Assembly: GCF_018350175.1 (NCBI RefSeq)
Contig: NC_058368.1
Location: forward strand, 115,382,001-115,446,000
Source of the DNA: Felis catus
Lineage: Eukaryota
Length of the DNA stretch: 64,000 nucleotides
Reading direction: 5' to 3'
This document shows, one piece after another, positions 24,240 through 37,107 of this stretch (position 1 is its first letter; each line of letters starts with the position of its first letter). Made by a program: the position numbers and the translations under genes. The notes beneath the pieces were generated by a model. That model had not been told where the DNA came from, did not search any database, and was given only the letters and a program-made list of their open reading frames with translations.

Positions 24240-27200
24240 AGCACCTGGCTGGCTCAGTTGGTAGAGCATACAACTCTTGATCTCAGGGTTATGAGTTCAG
24301 GCTCCACATTGGGTGCAGAACTTACTTTAAAAACAAAAAATAATCTCTACACCCAACATGGGGCTTGAACTCATGACCCCCAAGAGTCAGATGCTCTACT
24401 GACTGAGCCAGCAAGGCACCCCAAAACAAGTGGATTTTTAAGAAACTCTGAAGCAGAAATGATTCTACTTGGCTCTCTTTCTTTTTGGAGCTTTGATACA
24501 GCCAGTCCCCTATGTCTCTTAATAGCTAAGTACCACAAGTGGCACAGCTGGCTGCCAAATGTATGAAGCTTACAGATCCTTTTTTCTCTAAGCTTAGACA
24601 GGGGCAGATGAGTTCATTTCTACATAATGCCAAATTATCACAGTGCAGTATAACTGGAGATTATAAACTCCAGTAATGATGTAAGCTAATGATTAAGAGC
24701 AAAGACTATGGGGCACCCTTCTTCCCCTGCTCACGCTCTTCTCTTTCTCTCTCTTTCTCAAAAATAAATAAACATTAAAAAAAATAGAAGTTCAGTTATT
24801 CAAATTAAAAAAAAAAATTTTTTTTTAATCTTTATTTTTGAGAGAGAGACAGAGCATGAGCAGGGGAGAAACAGAGAGAGAAGGAGACACAGAATCTGAA
24901 GCAGGCTCCAGGCTCTGAGCTGTCAGTACACAGAGCCCAACGTGGGGCTCGAACCCATGAACTGTGAGATCATGACCTGAGCTGAAGTCGGACGCTTAAC
25001 TGACTGAGCCACCCAGGCGCCCCACAGTTACTAAAATTACTAAAAAAAAAAAAAAAAGCAAAGACTAGCCAGACTTCCTAAATGTGAATCCATTGATCAC
25101 GGACAAGTCACTTTTCTATGCCTTAGTTTCCACCTCTTTAAAATGGTAGAAATAATGGGGCATATGGCTGGCTCAGTCAGAAAAGCATGTGACTCTTGAT
25201 CTCAGGGTTGTGAGTTTGAGCCCCACAATGGGTGTAAAGGAGTACAAAAAAAATTTCTTAAAACAGTAGTAATAACAGTATCTATCTTAGGATTGTGTGA
25301 TTCGTTAATACACATCAAGCACTTAAGATAGTCCTCAGCACATAGAAAGTTCTGTTTAAGTGATTGTTATTATTACTATTAAAAGAGTATTCTAATTTTT
25401 TAAAATGTTAATTTTTGAGAGAGAGAGAGAGGGAGACACGGAATCCAAAGCAGGCTCCAGGCTCTGAGCTATCAGCACAGAGCCTGAGGTGGGACTTGAC
25501 CCCACCAGCCTCGAGATCATGACCTGAGCCAAAGTCAGATATTTAACCAAGTAGCCACCCAGGCATCCCTAGAGTATTCTAATTTTGTTGGAACTTTTTT
25601 TTTTTTTTTTTCAAATTTTAGTTAAATGCTAGTTAACATACAGTGCAATATTGGTTTCAGGAGTAGAATTCAGTGATTCATCACTAATATACAACACCCA
25701 GTGCCCATCCTAATAAGTACCCTCCTTAGCACACATCACCCACCTCCCTCTATCAATCCTCAGTTTATTCTCTATTGTTAAGAGTCTCTTATGGTTTGTT
25801 TCCCTCTGTCTTTCTCTCCTCCTCCCATATGTTCATGTTTTGTTTCTCCCACATATAAGTGAAATCGTATGGCATTTGTCTTTCTCTGACTTACTTAGCA
25901 TAATACACTCTAGCTCCTTTTGGAACTTTTCTTGTCAGGGAAACTAAACATTAAAACTACTTAGCTGTTTAACTGGAATCAGACATCTGCATTACAGGTA
26001 GAGATGGAAAGTTTCAGAGCATCAGCTATTCCATTTTGAAGCTCTTTGGACAGATCACCCCATTAGGGCCTGTGTGTCATAGTTTTAAGGTAATTGAAGT
26101 CATCCTGCTTTGATTTTGGGGTTCTTATTTTATGATCATTATTGAAACAAGGCAGCATATATGAGAGGAGCCCACCGGAGGGCTTGAACTTGCAACCCTG
26201 AGATCATGACCTGAGCTGAGATCGAGTCAGACGCTTAACCATTGAACCATCCAGGTGCCCCTGAGAGGATTTTTCGTGTTCTTGTGCATTGTCAGTATTT
26301 CTCAACCTATTCCATGTCATAAAGTATTATTTTTTTTTAGCATACTGGAGTGCAAGGATGGGGCTATCTGTGGCTAGAGTTTATGGTTCATGGGCTGCAG
26401 TTGACCCATTTCCTGCCTAGATACTCAGACTGCTGAAGGGGTCAGTGTGTCAGCATACTTGTAACTTCTTAGTGACCCACATCAGTTGGGAAGTTCTACT
26501 CTCATTATGAAATAACTAAGGAATTCCATTCAGAATCCATATTTTCACTTCGTATCCATCTACTTTCCCCTTAAAGACTGTGAAATAGGTCACAAAAGTG
26601 GAAATTGAGTAGTTTTGTTTTTCTTTGGTTAAAGCATAAGAATATGATTTTTCAACCCTCTCACAAAAGACCATCTAACACATCCTACCTTTCCTAGAAG
26701 TAATTTTTCAGACTTTGGTGCACGCAGACCCAGTATGTATATTATCTGGAGTGTCTTCTGGAACTGGATGCTGGGCTTTTGACCTTGAAAATCCTCTGAA
26801 GACTGGGCAGATAGGAATGTATTTCAGAAAGGCAGTCCTCTTTACCATGCTCATCCCAATGGGGAAGTCATAGCTCTTGAGGCTGGTAGACATCTCACTG
26901 TTGGCATGGGCCCCAGCTTTCCACTGTATTAGACCTCGTTCCTCTGGGCTCCCTGGAAGAGGACAGAGAAATTACCAGGGCCAGCAACCCTCCACTACCT
27001 CCCCTTCCCATAACCTAGTCCTAAGGCAGACTTCTGGAATCCATGGTCTTCATTCTCAGTTATTTTCTGGGACTAAAAAGTTACTGAATCCACAATTCTC
27101 AGCTCCTAAGTTGCAAGAGCTCGAAGAAACCCTAAAAGGTACTGGTTATACTTAGTATTTATTGTGTATCTATAGTGTACCAGTCTCTGTGCTAAGTGTT

Positions 27201-28140
27201 TTCATTTCTTTATCTCATTTCTCCAAAACATTCCTGTGGGAAGTATACAGGTACTATTATACAAATTTATATGATGAAGAAACAGGCAGAAAGGTTAAGT
27301 AATGGTCAGTTTACATCTCTAGTGTGGAGCTAGTGTGTGCTAAGCTGATGGGGACCAGAGAGTGCCCAGACCCGCTTTGGGGCCAAGCAAGGATATTCAC
27401 AAACACTATAATCATTATTAATATTCAATATTATGATTCCATATTTAGGAAATACACTTGCTTTTATAATACAAACCTCAGAAAGTCAAGCTACTAAGTA
27501 AAATCTTTGTTGGTAGTATGGATACATAAAAGATTATTTACATCTAGGGGAGTATTTCCTCAAGAGGCAGGAAAGCAGTGCGTGAGATCTCTGAGGTTTT
27601 TACAAGAGGGCTGAGGTTAGAGAAGACTGATACAGTGTGAGTAGAAAGAGACTTCCACTAGCCCCACTAGCATTTCTTGAACTAAATTACCCCTCTTAGT
27701 TTCTGCTGTGGATGGGGAAAGAAAGAAAATGCAAGGCAGCCCATCAGCAAAATGTGCATCACACAGAAGAAAGTTGTATACAGGTAATTCCATGATTAAG
27801 GACCGGCTTCTGATTTAACCAGACCTGGGTTTGAATTCAGGTTGGCAATTAGGCAACTTGAATCAGGTAAGTGATTTGATCACTCAGCTTCAGATTCCTC
27901 AACAATGCACACTGAAGGACTATTGACGATTATGGAGCTCCTGGGTGGCTCAGTCGGTTGTGTCTAACTCTTTGATTTTGACTCAAGTCAAAATCTCACA
28001 GTTGGTTGTGCAGCTGAGCTCCTTGTCGGGCTCTGTGCTGACAGCGCAGAGCCTGCTTGGGATTCTCTCTCCTTCTCTGCCCCTCTCCTGCTTGTGTGCT
28101 CGCATTCTCTCTCTCAAAACAAACATTAAAACAAAAAAAG
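24240..28140. mobile_element. Can-SINEs in SLC23A1 introns 13-14: 24240-24420, 24710-25022, 25158-25255, 25395-25570, 26160-26262, 27935-28140
   Basis: SINE head and tail motifs in both orientations. Confidence 0.85.
25599..25919 (-). mobile_element. 5'-truncated carnivore L1 3' end (antisense)
   Basis: Poly-T followed by the reverse-complement L1 3'UTR; TSD TTGGAACTTTT at 25588-25598 and 25920-25930. Confidence 0.85.
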
Positions 28141-31100
28141 GATTATGGGGCATAACATGTATAATGATCCCTGGTAGTGATGGTTGCTGATAGGGAGTTG
28201 GGTTGAAGGATGGGAATGTGAGAGTCTCAGTAAGGCAGTCTGAGGCTATTAAAATCTGAGGTAGCTTAATCCAGCTACCCAAATCACAAAGTCCGTCAGT
28301 ATACAGTCCAGCTGATGCCCTCTACCTCCTCAGATTCCATGAGCATAGAGGCTGCCACTTCTCTTTCTCATGTCCACAGCCAGCCTTCTAAATGGGGAGG
28401 AGTGGGTACCACCTGTTAGTCCATGGGGTAACTGCTACCAAGAGTTCTCTCATCATCTGATGCTGTCTGGAATTCCTAAAAGTGCCATGGCACTTAGGCC
28501 TTGCCTGCCCTCCAACCCTGCAGCTGTGTTCAGGCTGGGAAGTGGTGGGCGATGGAGGGCCATCATCCTTCTACTTCCATCCCTCATCTTCCTGGAATGA
28601 TGCAGTCTTTAACCTCTGCCTCCATGGGGCTTTCCCTGATCCACCAGATCCCCCGAAACCCTCTACAGAGGCAGTATGGTGCAATTGTTGGGACACAAGT
28701 CCTAGACTGCATCAAATGGACTTGGTAAAAATCCCAGATTTGCAACCTGTTAAATCTTCAAATGCTGTGAACTTCGGTAAGTCACTTAACCTCTCTGATT
28801 CTGTTTCCTTGTGAAATGGTGTTGATAGTATCTACCAGGATAGTCTTTGAGAATGAAATGAGACACATAGTTTCATGCCTGACCCATAGTAGACGTTTGG
28901 TAAACGTTAACTGTGCTTGTTACTCATTAAGCAACTGGTTAGTTTTTATATTTTACAGGGAACATAAACATGAGCCAGGAGGGTTCTCAGGGACTCACTA
29001 AGTTATCTTCCACAATCCCTGCAAAAAGCCGTAACATCAAAGAGAAATATATGTTAGGGGCTCTTCTAGTAGCTAGTATTATTTGGTAGTGGGTGTTGCC
29101 AACAGACTGATGCTTCATTTGTATCTGCCCTAATCTAAGAAAGCAAAGGCTACCAAAGGCACCCCTCAACCTGGCTATCAAGAATTGGAAGGAAACAACT
29201 CACAGGGCCCCAGAATAACTTCTCTAGACCCATCCTCTTCAAGACCTATGAGGCATGACTATACCACTGTCTAGCCACTAGTCTCTCCATCCAGCCAGTG
29301 GGCACTCCACCAGCCCAAACTTCCTGTTTCTCCTTGCACGTCCTGCATTGCATGGGTCCTGGCCACACTTCTGATCGAGGGACCATTTGTTAGAGTGCAT
29401 GTGAGCCCAGCCTAGTTCTGTTTCCCTCCCAGAGGTGACCCATACCTGGCACTGTGTTGTCCAGTATGAAAGCGAGGCACCCACCCACAAACATCTCTGT
29501 GGTCAGCAGCACAGTCAGAATCTGGTCCACTTCAGGAATGCCTGTGGAATAGGTCAAGGGCCAGTGGACATCTTGGCCTCACCTGAAGACCAGAGCTCAG
29601 GGACTTTCTCCCCACTTGTGGAGTTTACTGACTTCCTTGAGTGGGCAGGGAGATGACGTGGTACAAACCCCAACTTTCTAACCTATCTGTACCCTGTCCC
29701 ACCCTTGGATTCAAATCCCAGTTTTGCCAATTGCTACTTATCTTGGGACAAATCATTTAACTTCTCTGAGCCTCACTTTCCTCTTCTGTAAGGTGGAAAT
29801 GATAATACTATCTGTCTCCTGGAGCTGTTGTGAATATTAAATGAGCACATGTAAAGCTCCATAGCTGTCCATAGAAAGTGTCTTAGTAAAGGACAGTTGC
29901 TAATCACTTCTCAGCTTCTGGTTCACATCTAGAGTTGGGCAGGATTTGTGGTTCTGTCCTATGGTGCCTTTGACCGAGGGAGCTGTGCCCAGAGTCGAGC
30001 CCACCATACCTCCCCTATCGACCGAGATACTCAGACTAGCGGGGGCACCTGTGTTGATGACGCCGGGGTTGGACTCCAGGTAATTGGGCAGCGTGAGCCC
30101 GAAGAACATGGAAAATCCGAGCACGAACAGGTTGCGAGAGGAGTTCATGTCCACGAACTGCAAGTTGGATAGCCCCACAGCCGTAATCATGCCTGAGGGC
30201 GCAAGAGAACTGCTGAAGGCGTCCCTCAGGCCCGATGGGCTCCACCACTCCGCGACCGCGCAGAGACCCACGGCGCACACGCGGCACTCACCGAAAAGGG
30301 TGCAGAACATGCCCCCCAGGATGGGGTCAGGGAGCGAGGCAAAAAGGGCGGTGAATTTGCCAACAGTGCCCAGGACTAGCATGATGCCCGCACCATATTG
30401 CACCACGCGCCGGCTGCCCACCTGCAAGGGAGTCGGGGGGGCAGGGTTAGACTCCAGGCGCGAAGCCTGACGGGATGAGTCGAGAGGACAGGAAGGTGGG
30501 CGGGGCCTGTTATAAAAGTGAGCACAAAAGGGCCGGGGCTTGATGCGGGGCGGGACCTCTCGAAGACAGGGCGTGGCTAGGCCAAAGTGGGGGAAGCTTG
30601 GGGCAAGTCTGTGGCACAGGGAATGGGGGTGGGGCTTTGTGCCGCTCCGGCTTGTCTTGGCACCTTGGTAATCCCTAGAACGCCAATGTTGGGGCTAGAC
30701 GAGGTGGACCCGTTGCCTGTGCCCAGCAGACCTGCGATAATGCAGCAGATGCCTTCCGTGAAGATGCCCCTATAAGGAAAGGGTGAGTTTGGGCCTCGGT
30801 CCAGCCTCTGCCCTGGCTTATGTCCTTCCATCACCCTGGGTGGGCTGCTCGCCTTCTTGGGGACTGGGCAAGCTGCAACTATCTGTCCGTAGTACTCCCC
30901 ACTCCAGGCCAGAGGTGGGTCTGGGAGCCAAGAGCCCACGTCCGAGCGCTAGTCCCAGGGCCCTGGAACTTACTCCCTTAGGCGACTCTGGGCTTCAATT
31001 TCCTCATCTGTAAAATGGGCATAATGAGGGTACCTTGTCTCACAGAGTCGTTAGATTGCATAAGAGAATACACATGGAGGGCTATGTCCATGAAAGGTTG

Positions 31101-34100
31101 TCAATGACCGCAGTTTCCCTTAGGCGTCTTTATCTCAACTACTGGTGACACTCAGAGTGAGTGATGTGAGTATTCCATTTCATAAGTAAGGAGAATGAGA
31201 TCTGGAAAGTACTAGTGACTTGACCAACTCCACACCTTTGAGACTCAACCTTCTCCCTACATTTGCTTCCTGAATGGCCCCCGAGGGATCAGATATTGGA
31301 GAGGGCAGGTGGCCATACCTGTTGATAGCATGTACTGGAGGGGGTGGTGCACCAGCCAGGCGGGCACAAGCATAGTAATCTCCGATGGACTCAATGATGC
31401 CGGCCAGTGTGGCACTGAACATTCCCAGGACAGCAGCCGCAGTCACTGTGGGCAGGCCCCACTGACCTGGATAGGGAGGGAGAAGGGAGGATGGGTGCAG
31501 TAACCTCTGGGATGCAGGGAGTGGACAAGACAGTATGTGGGGGTTAAGATGTCTCACGCTGGGGTGGGAGCTATACAGTTGTGGGAGCTTATTTGGGATC
31601 ACTCAGAGTCATGAAGCTGGAGTGAGGCTTTGAGGAAAATACCACTCTGCCTGCCACACTATAAATGTACAGCTAATGCCAAGTGCATCACTGGCTGCGT
31701 TGGGATCATCAGGGACCATCATGGATGGTCTTAGCTGGAAGCGGAAGGGCCCAGGTGGGGTGTCTCACAGGGGTAGGGGATGCGGATCCAGGGCGCAATA
31801 GCCATGATGTCCCCTCGGGCGTCCGTTCGTGCCTGGAATCCATAAGCTGTGGGGTCTGAGGGCAGCACATTCGTCAGGGTCAGGATATAGCAGAGCAGCC
31901 ACACGGTCATGATGGCCAGCACAATCTGAAGTGGGGTGGGGTGAGGGGAGCATTGAGGGCCCTGGAAGTCTTGGTCCAGGCTAAGCAGCCCCTACCGCAG
32001 CCCTAGCTCCAGCTCCAGCCCCAGCCCCAGCCCTAGCCTTCGCCCCCACACCAGCTCAGACCTGGACCCCAATACCTACTCTAGCCGCTGACTGGGACCT
32101 CACCTGTGCTCTGGCTCTAGCTCCTCTGCTGTCCTGGACCTGACCGCCCCCCGACCTTTGCCCTGGCCCCAGGTCCAGCCCCTGCCCTAGTCCCAGCCCC
32201 AGCTGTCTGTCAGCTCCTCACAGGAAACATCTTGAAGATCTGGATGCGGAAGAGAGTGAGGCCTTTGCCCCAACGGTAGACAGGCAGCAGGAAGGTGAGG
32301 TTACGCAGGTACTGGGAGAAGAGGACGATCAGGAGAATGGAACTGGGGGCAGAGGCACAAAGGAAAGATGGCTGGTAGGCTGGACTGGGGCCAGGACACG
32401 AAAGGGGTGAAAGGGCTGGGGCTGGGAAAGGATCAGGCTTAATGCCTGCTCACCAAGCTGAGATGCCCCAGTGGGAGCCAGCTCGGTCGCCAGCAGCTTG
32501 GAAGACAGACAGGCCAATGAGGGAGACCGTGGGCGTGACCGTGAGAGGCCCTATGTAGCTGAGCAGGGCCCCAGGCAGTCCCATCAGCCCGATCACCACC
32601 TCCACCATGCTGGATACCATGATTGCACCCTGGACCTGGAGAAGCAAATAATGGTACTATAAGTCACTGTTTAGAGGCTATGACCTCTACATTAAAAAAA
32701 AAAAAAAAAGAAAAAAGGTCCTGGACCACCTCCTTGAATCCTTCAACTCATCATTGGCCCTCACTCCCAACTAGCCCCCTACTCAGGTCCAGATCTCTTC
32801 TACCCAGGTACAAACCCACCTCACGTATCCGTGGGTGCCAGATATGAGAAGTGTTCAGGGGAAGACTCCAGTTACCGTAGATCTCCTCTGGGATCAGAGA
32901 CAGGGACACACACATAGCCAGGGAACACAGAGAAGAAGAGAAGGTGCTGCCATGAATGCAGTCTGGTGTCTGGACTCAGGACAGTCGCCCAGACTTCCAG
33001 GCCCCTGGGCCTCCCCTCTCCAGCACAGACCCCAGAAGTGTGCCCACCTTCTGGGGGGCATTTCCATCTCTCCAGGCCCAGGATGGCTTTCGCTGGGACC
33101 AGAAATGCAAAGGCGCTGGCCTGGAACAGCGGCAGCCTGGAAGGAGAGGCAAAGAGCAACAGGGCAGGGCCAGGGGAGGGCAGGGACACAGAGACAGCGG
33201 AGATGGGGAGAGAGGGGCACAGAGAGAAGGAAAGAAAGAATCACATCCAGGGACAGAGACACAGGGACAAGGGCAGGGCAAAGCTGAGAGAAGTCGCTGT
33301 GGCCCCAGGCAGGCCTCTAACGTTTTGGGGGCCCAAGGGAGAAAACAAATGCAGTCTCTGGCCTACAACATGCTCCCTTTCCTTCCCAACCCCACTTCCT
33401 GCACTGTGAGGGGCCATGTACAGGGAAGCAAACAGCTCAGCTCTTGCATCCAAGCCCCACTCACAACCTTCCTCCATCCCCCCATCACAAAAACAACCAT
33501 CTTGTGGCCACCCAAGCCTAGAGCTGTGCACACAGGGGCAGGGGCCCCTGGATAACAGACCACTGAAGAAGCCCACACAGGCCCTAAAAGGGAGGAGTGG
33601 GTGGTCCTGATTACCCAGAGTAGGGCTTCACAGGAGGAGAGCCCAGCTAGGGTATATTCCCTTAAACCCGCAGACTTCTCGCCTTTGAGGAACGTCAGGG
33701 GCCTAACGTGGGATCCCAGCTTCCGGGCTCTAAGGCTGGCTTGGGAGTAGGAGTAGTAGGTGGTGACAGATAGCAGCTTTCTCCCCCAAAGAAACAGCCC
33801 TCAGAGAAAACACCTTCTCCCACTGTGTGGATCACTGTGTGTGTTGAGGGTGGGGAGGCAGAGGCAGGACAGCTCACCGGATGCCCAGTGTGGTCTGGAT
33901 GAGGGTGGTGATGCCCACGCAGGTGAAGATAGTACCGATGAGTTGGCTGACCATGTACTGGTCGCGGCCCACACACAGTGCCTCAGCCAGGAGGAAGGGC
34001 ACAGCAATGGTGCCACTGAAGCATGTCAAGTAATGCTGGGGGATGGTGGGGGGGGGGGGGGAGAGTGTATGAGGTAGGGCCCATAGGGCTCAAAGGGAAA

Positions 34101-35296
34101 CAGGGGCGTCCTAACCATCCTTATGCCTGCCTCCGTGGGCCTGAACCCATGCTGCCCCTGGCAGCTCACCCAGGGCTGATACTCCTGCAAGGGATTCCCA
34201 GAGACCTACGCCTCACCTCTCTCTGGGTTAGTAATCTGCCTCCAAGTTATTCCTGTGGCTTCAGTGGAGTGAGTCCTCTTCCCTGTGACTGCCACTCTGC
34301 CTGGCAGGTGACATGTTCCTGGGGATAATCTCTCAGGCTCCATCAGACCCCCTCCCCACCCCTGCTTGGTGACCGTCACTGTTGCTGACCTTAGGTTTCT
34401 CTTCCTGTTACCCAAGATAAACTTGTTGGCCCGGAAAGGGGTGGGGATTCTGGGGAGCATGCAGAGTGGGGGTGGGGAAGCCCACCTGGAAGCCCAGCAG
34501 AATGCACAGGTACCAGGGTGGCACATCCTCAATCTTGTACAACATGTCAAACTTGGGTTCTGTAGGCAGGGACATCGTGGGATCCCTCGTGGAGGTCCCT
34601 GCTGAGCCCAGGGACTCATGCTGGGGCAGCAGAGAGAAGGAATTCAGGGTGGAGTGATGAGGATCAGCTAAGTCCATTCTGCTCCAGAATCAATCAGGTA
34701 GCCCAAGTGGCTGTTAGATCCTCAGAAAGAGGTCCAAACCACACCCTCCCTCTCGGTTCAGCCACCCAACTGCCACTTGGCCTGGCTACTCCCTGCTCGC
34801 TCTTCACATTCCTTTGTGCAGGGATGAGTCCACTCTGCTGGCTCCTGGAGGGCTTGGGACCAGGGCATTCCAACCAAGGGGATGGGCCCCTAAGTCAGAA
34901 TGCCTCGGGGAGCAACAGAGGAGGAGACCAAGAAGGCTGAAGTCTGTGGACAGGCCCTCTTGGGCACACTGTGGTTTCACTCTTGCCCCCTTGGAGATCC
35001 TCGGGGTTTCCCTGGCGGTGGGAGAGGTTGGGTCCCTGCTGGCCCTCAAGCTGGAGTCCGCCAGTCCTAAAGCTGATGACCCCTGCACCCACTGCCACCC
35101 ACACACCATCCCCTAATTGCTACATTCAGCTTGGGATAGCCACTCTCGATCAAGTTCATCAGAACTTTTGTCTCTTGCTTCCCGGGGAGAAGGCCTAAGA
35201 AGGCTCTCTAGCTTCCACCCAACCCTGCCCCCCACCCAGGTCCCACCCGTTCCCCAGCACCTGTGTCTGGCCCTCGGGGTCCTCCTGGGCCCTCAT
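26708..35296 (-). CDS. SLC23A1: Sodium-dependent vitamin C transporter 1 (SVCT1), 14 coding exons, 604 aa
   Basis: All exons have GT-AG ends: 35261-35296, 34486-34620, 33878-34035, 33048-33136, 32820-32887, 32454-32635, 32222-32342, 31769-31925, 31319-31466, 30664-30769, 30292-30421, 30049-30192, 29446-29541, 26708-26952. They sum to 1815 nt in one open frame. Peptides include MRAQED..., [30 protein letters not shown], the NAT-family signature region [19 protein letters not shown], and ...SACTKV*. Confidence 0.97.
31995..32205. repeat. Degenerate (CCCCAG/CCCTAG/CTCCAG)n hexamers in SLC23A1 intron 7
   Basis: AGCCCTAGCTCCAGCTCCAGCCCCAGCCCCAGCCCTAGCC; these read as G-runs on the transcribed strand. 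Confidence 0.7.
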
Positions 35297-35299
35297 CTT

Positions 35300-35720
35300 T
35301 GGGGCACAGGTGTGAGCGGTTCCTGAGGAAAAGAGGGGATTGGCTTTATGAAGGCCAAGAAGGACTTTAGTCCACACATCAGACATTGTTTGAAGTAAAT
35401 CTGTAACCAGATCCCCAGCTCTGATTGCGAAAGGAGGACCTGGGCGGAGATAACGTATTAACTCTGGCCATGGTGGTAAAGGCCACCCAAGCCTCTGCCG
35501 TCTGAGCACGCCCTTCCCTGACTGCACCTGAGCCTGGGCATGGGACCTGTTCTTGTTTCCAAGAGAGGGTCAGAGTGCTGGTGAGGGGTGGGCAGTCTGG
35601 GAAGTTTACCAACCCCAGGGTGAGGTGGTAGTAGCGGGAGGCATTTACTAGGTCACACTCTGAACAAGACTCTTCCTCCCCACTTATTAATAACAAGTTA
35701 ATAATTATCATTACCATAAT
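35300..35720 (-). promoter_or_regulatory. SLC23A1: SLC23A1 proximal promoter with HNF1-like sites and a GC box
   Basis: GTTAATAATTATC at 35697-35709 (one mismatch to GTTAATNATTAAC), a partial GTTAAT site at 35450-35462 (minus), and GGGCGG at 35442-35447. HNF1 control of SVCT1 is established in human. Confidence 0.5.
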
Positions 35721-36062
35721 CACTGTCTTGAATGAGGAATGACTGTATGCCAAGCAATTGCTATGTACTGCCGTGTTTAACCCCAGGCACTAGGCGGTAT
35801 TAACCTCTTTTATAGCTGAAGAAACAGATCTAGGAGATGTGATCTGACCAAGGCCACATAGGTGCATGATTTTAGAAAAACATTCCAAAAACTCAGGTTG
35901 GCCTGAACTCTGGAGCTCATGCTATAAATCAGCCATTAAATTTGATAAAGACCTGCCCTCCCCACACAGCCACTAATCCCTCAGTTTCTCAGAGGCCCAA
36001 AACAGATGGGCCAGCCTTGCCTGTTCCCTATGTCAAGACAATGATTCCCTTCCCCTCCTGGG

Positions 36063-36230
36063 CAGGACTGGCTACATAATTCACAGGCCGCTGTGCAAAA
36101 TGAAAATTTGGGACCCCCGTTCCAAAAGCATTATGAATTTTAACACAGCAGTAGTAGAATATTAAACCAAATATAAGGCCTTTCTAAGCACTGGGCTCTG
36201 TGTGAGTGCATGTCACTGAAACCTGCCCTC
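36063..36230 (-). mobile_element. MER45A-like hAT-Tip100 element upstream of SLC23A1
   Basis: CAGGACTGGCTACATAATT...TGCAAAATGAAAAT...ATTAAACCAA resembles reverse-complement MER45A. Confidence 0.6.
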
Positions 36231-36866
36231 GACTCAGCCTGTCTTCTCCTCCTGGCAGGCCTACCAGCCTGATCATGGGACCTGGGGGCTAAAGGTGGTT
36301 GGGAGGGTCTGAGGAGCTGAGGCTCTTCAGCTGGTGGGGATGGACCTAAAGTTCCTGGTTCTGCTTCCCTCTGGGCTGCCCCAGCCCCAGCCCCCCAGGG
36401 CCCACCTACTTCTGGGTTGCTGTGCCCACGGCCAGGCCCTGTTCCAAGGACCCACAGGCAGCAGTGCTCTCCACCTGGGCAGCAGCTTCATCCCACGGCC
36501 GTGAATCCGTCGTCAGCTTCTCCAGTCCCCAGCTGTTCCTCTGTCTGCCTATCTTCTCCTCTCCCTTCTTGGCTCTTGCTGCCAGGTTTCCCAAAGTCGT
36601 CTGACCAGTTTGAAGCTTCCAAACTTCTCCTTAGCATTTTCCTCCCCACCTGCCTCTCTCCACCCCAGTACTCCCCAGGGGGCTATGGAGACTGAGCTCC
36701 ACCCCTTACACTTAGGTGCACAAGTCCCACAGACATTCAGTTCAACCCAGCCACATGCCACACACACAGAAACAAGGCAGATATGTTGTACATGGTTTCA
36801 GGTACACAAACAAATGGATCCACTGCACTCAGACTGTGCTGCAGTGTATCTAAATCACTCCATGTA

Positions 36867-37107
36867 GGGGCGCCTGCGGGGCTCAGTCGGTTGAGCGTCC
36901 GACTTCGGCTCAGGTCATGATCTCACAGTCAGTGGGTTCTAGCCCCTCGTCGGGCTCTGTGCTGACAGCTCAGAGCCTGGAGCCTGTTTCAGATTCTGTG
37001 TCTCCCTCTCTCTCTGCCCCTCCCCTGTTTGCGCTCTGTCTCTGTCTCAAGAATAAATAAACATTAGAAAAATTAAAAAAAAAAAAAAAACTTAAAAAAT
37101 AAATCAA
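36867..37107 (+). mobile_element. Young full-length SINEC_Fc with a 16-bp TSD
   Basis: TSD TAAATCACTCCATGTA at 36851-36866 and 37108-37123. Confidence 0.95.

Noticed and set aside
34486-34620. SLC23A1 exon 2 is 7 codons longer than the human exon ([13 protein letters not shown])
   Set aside because: The rodent protein has a similar longer form as I recall, so this is likely ancestral rather than novel.
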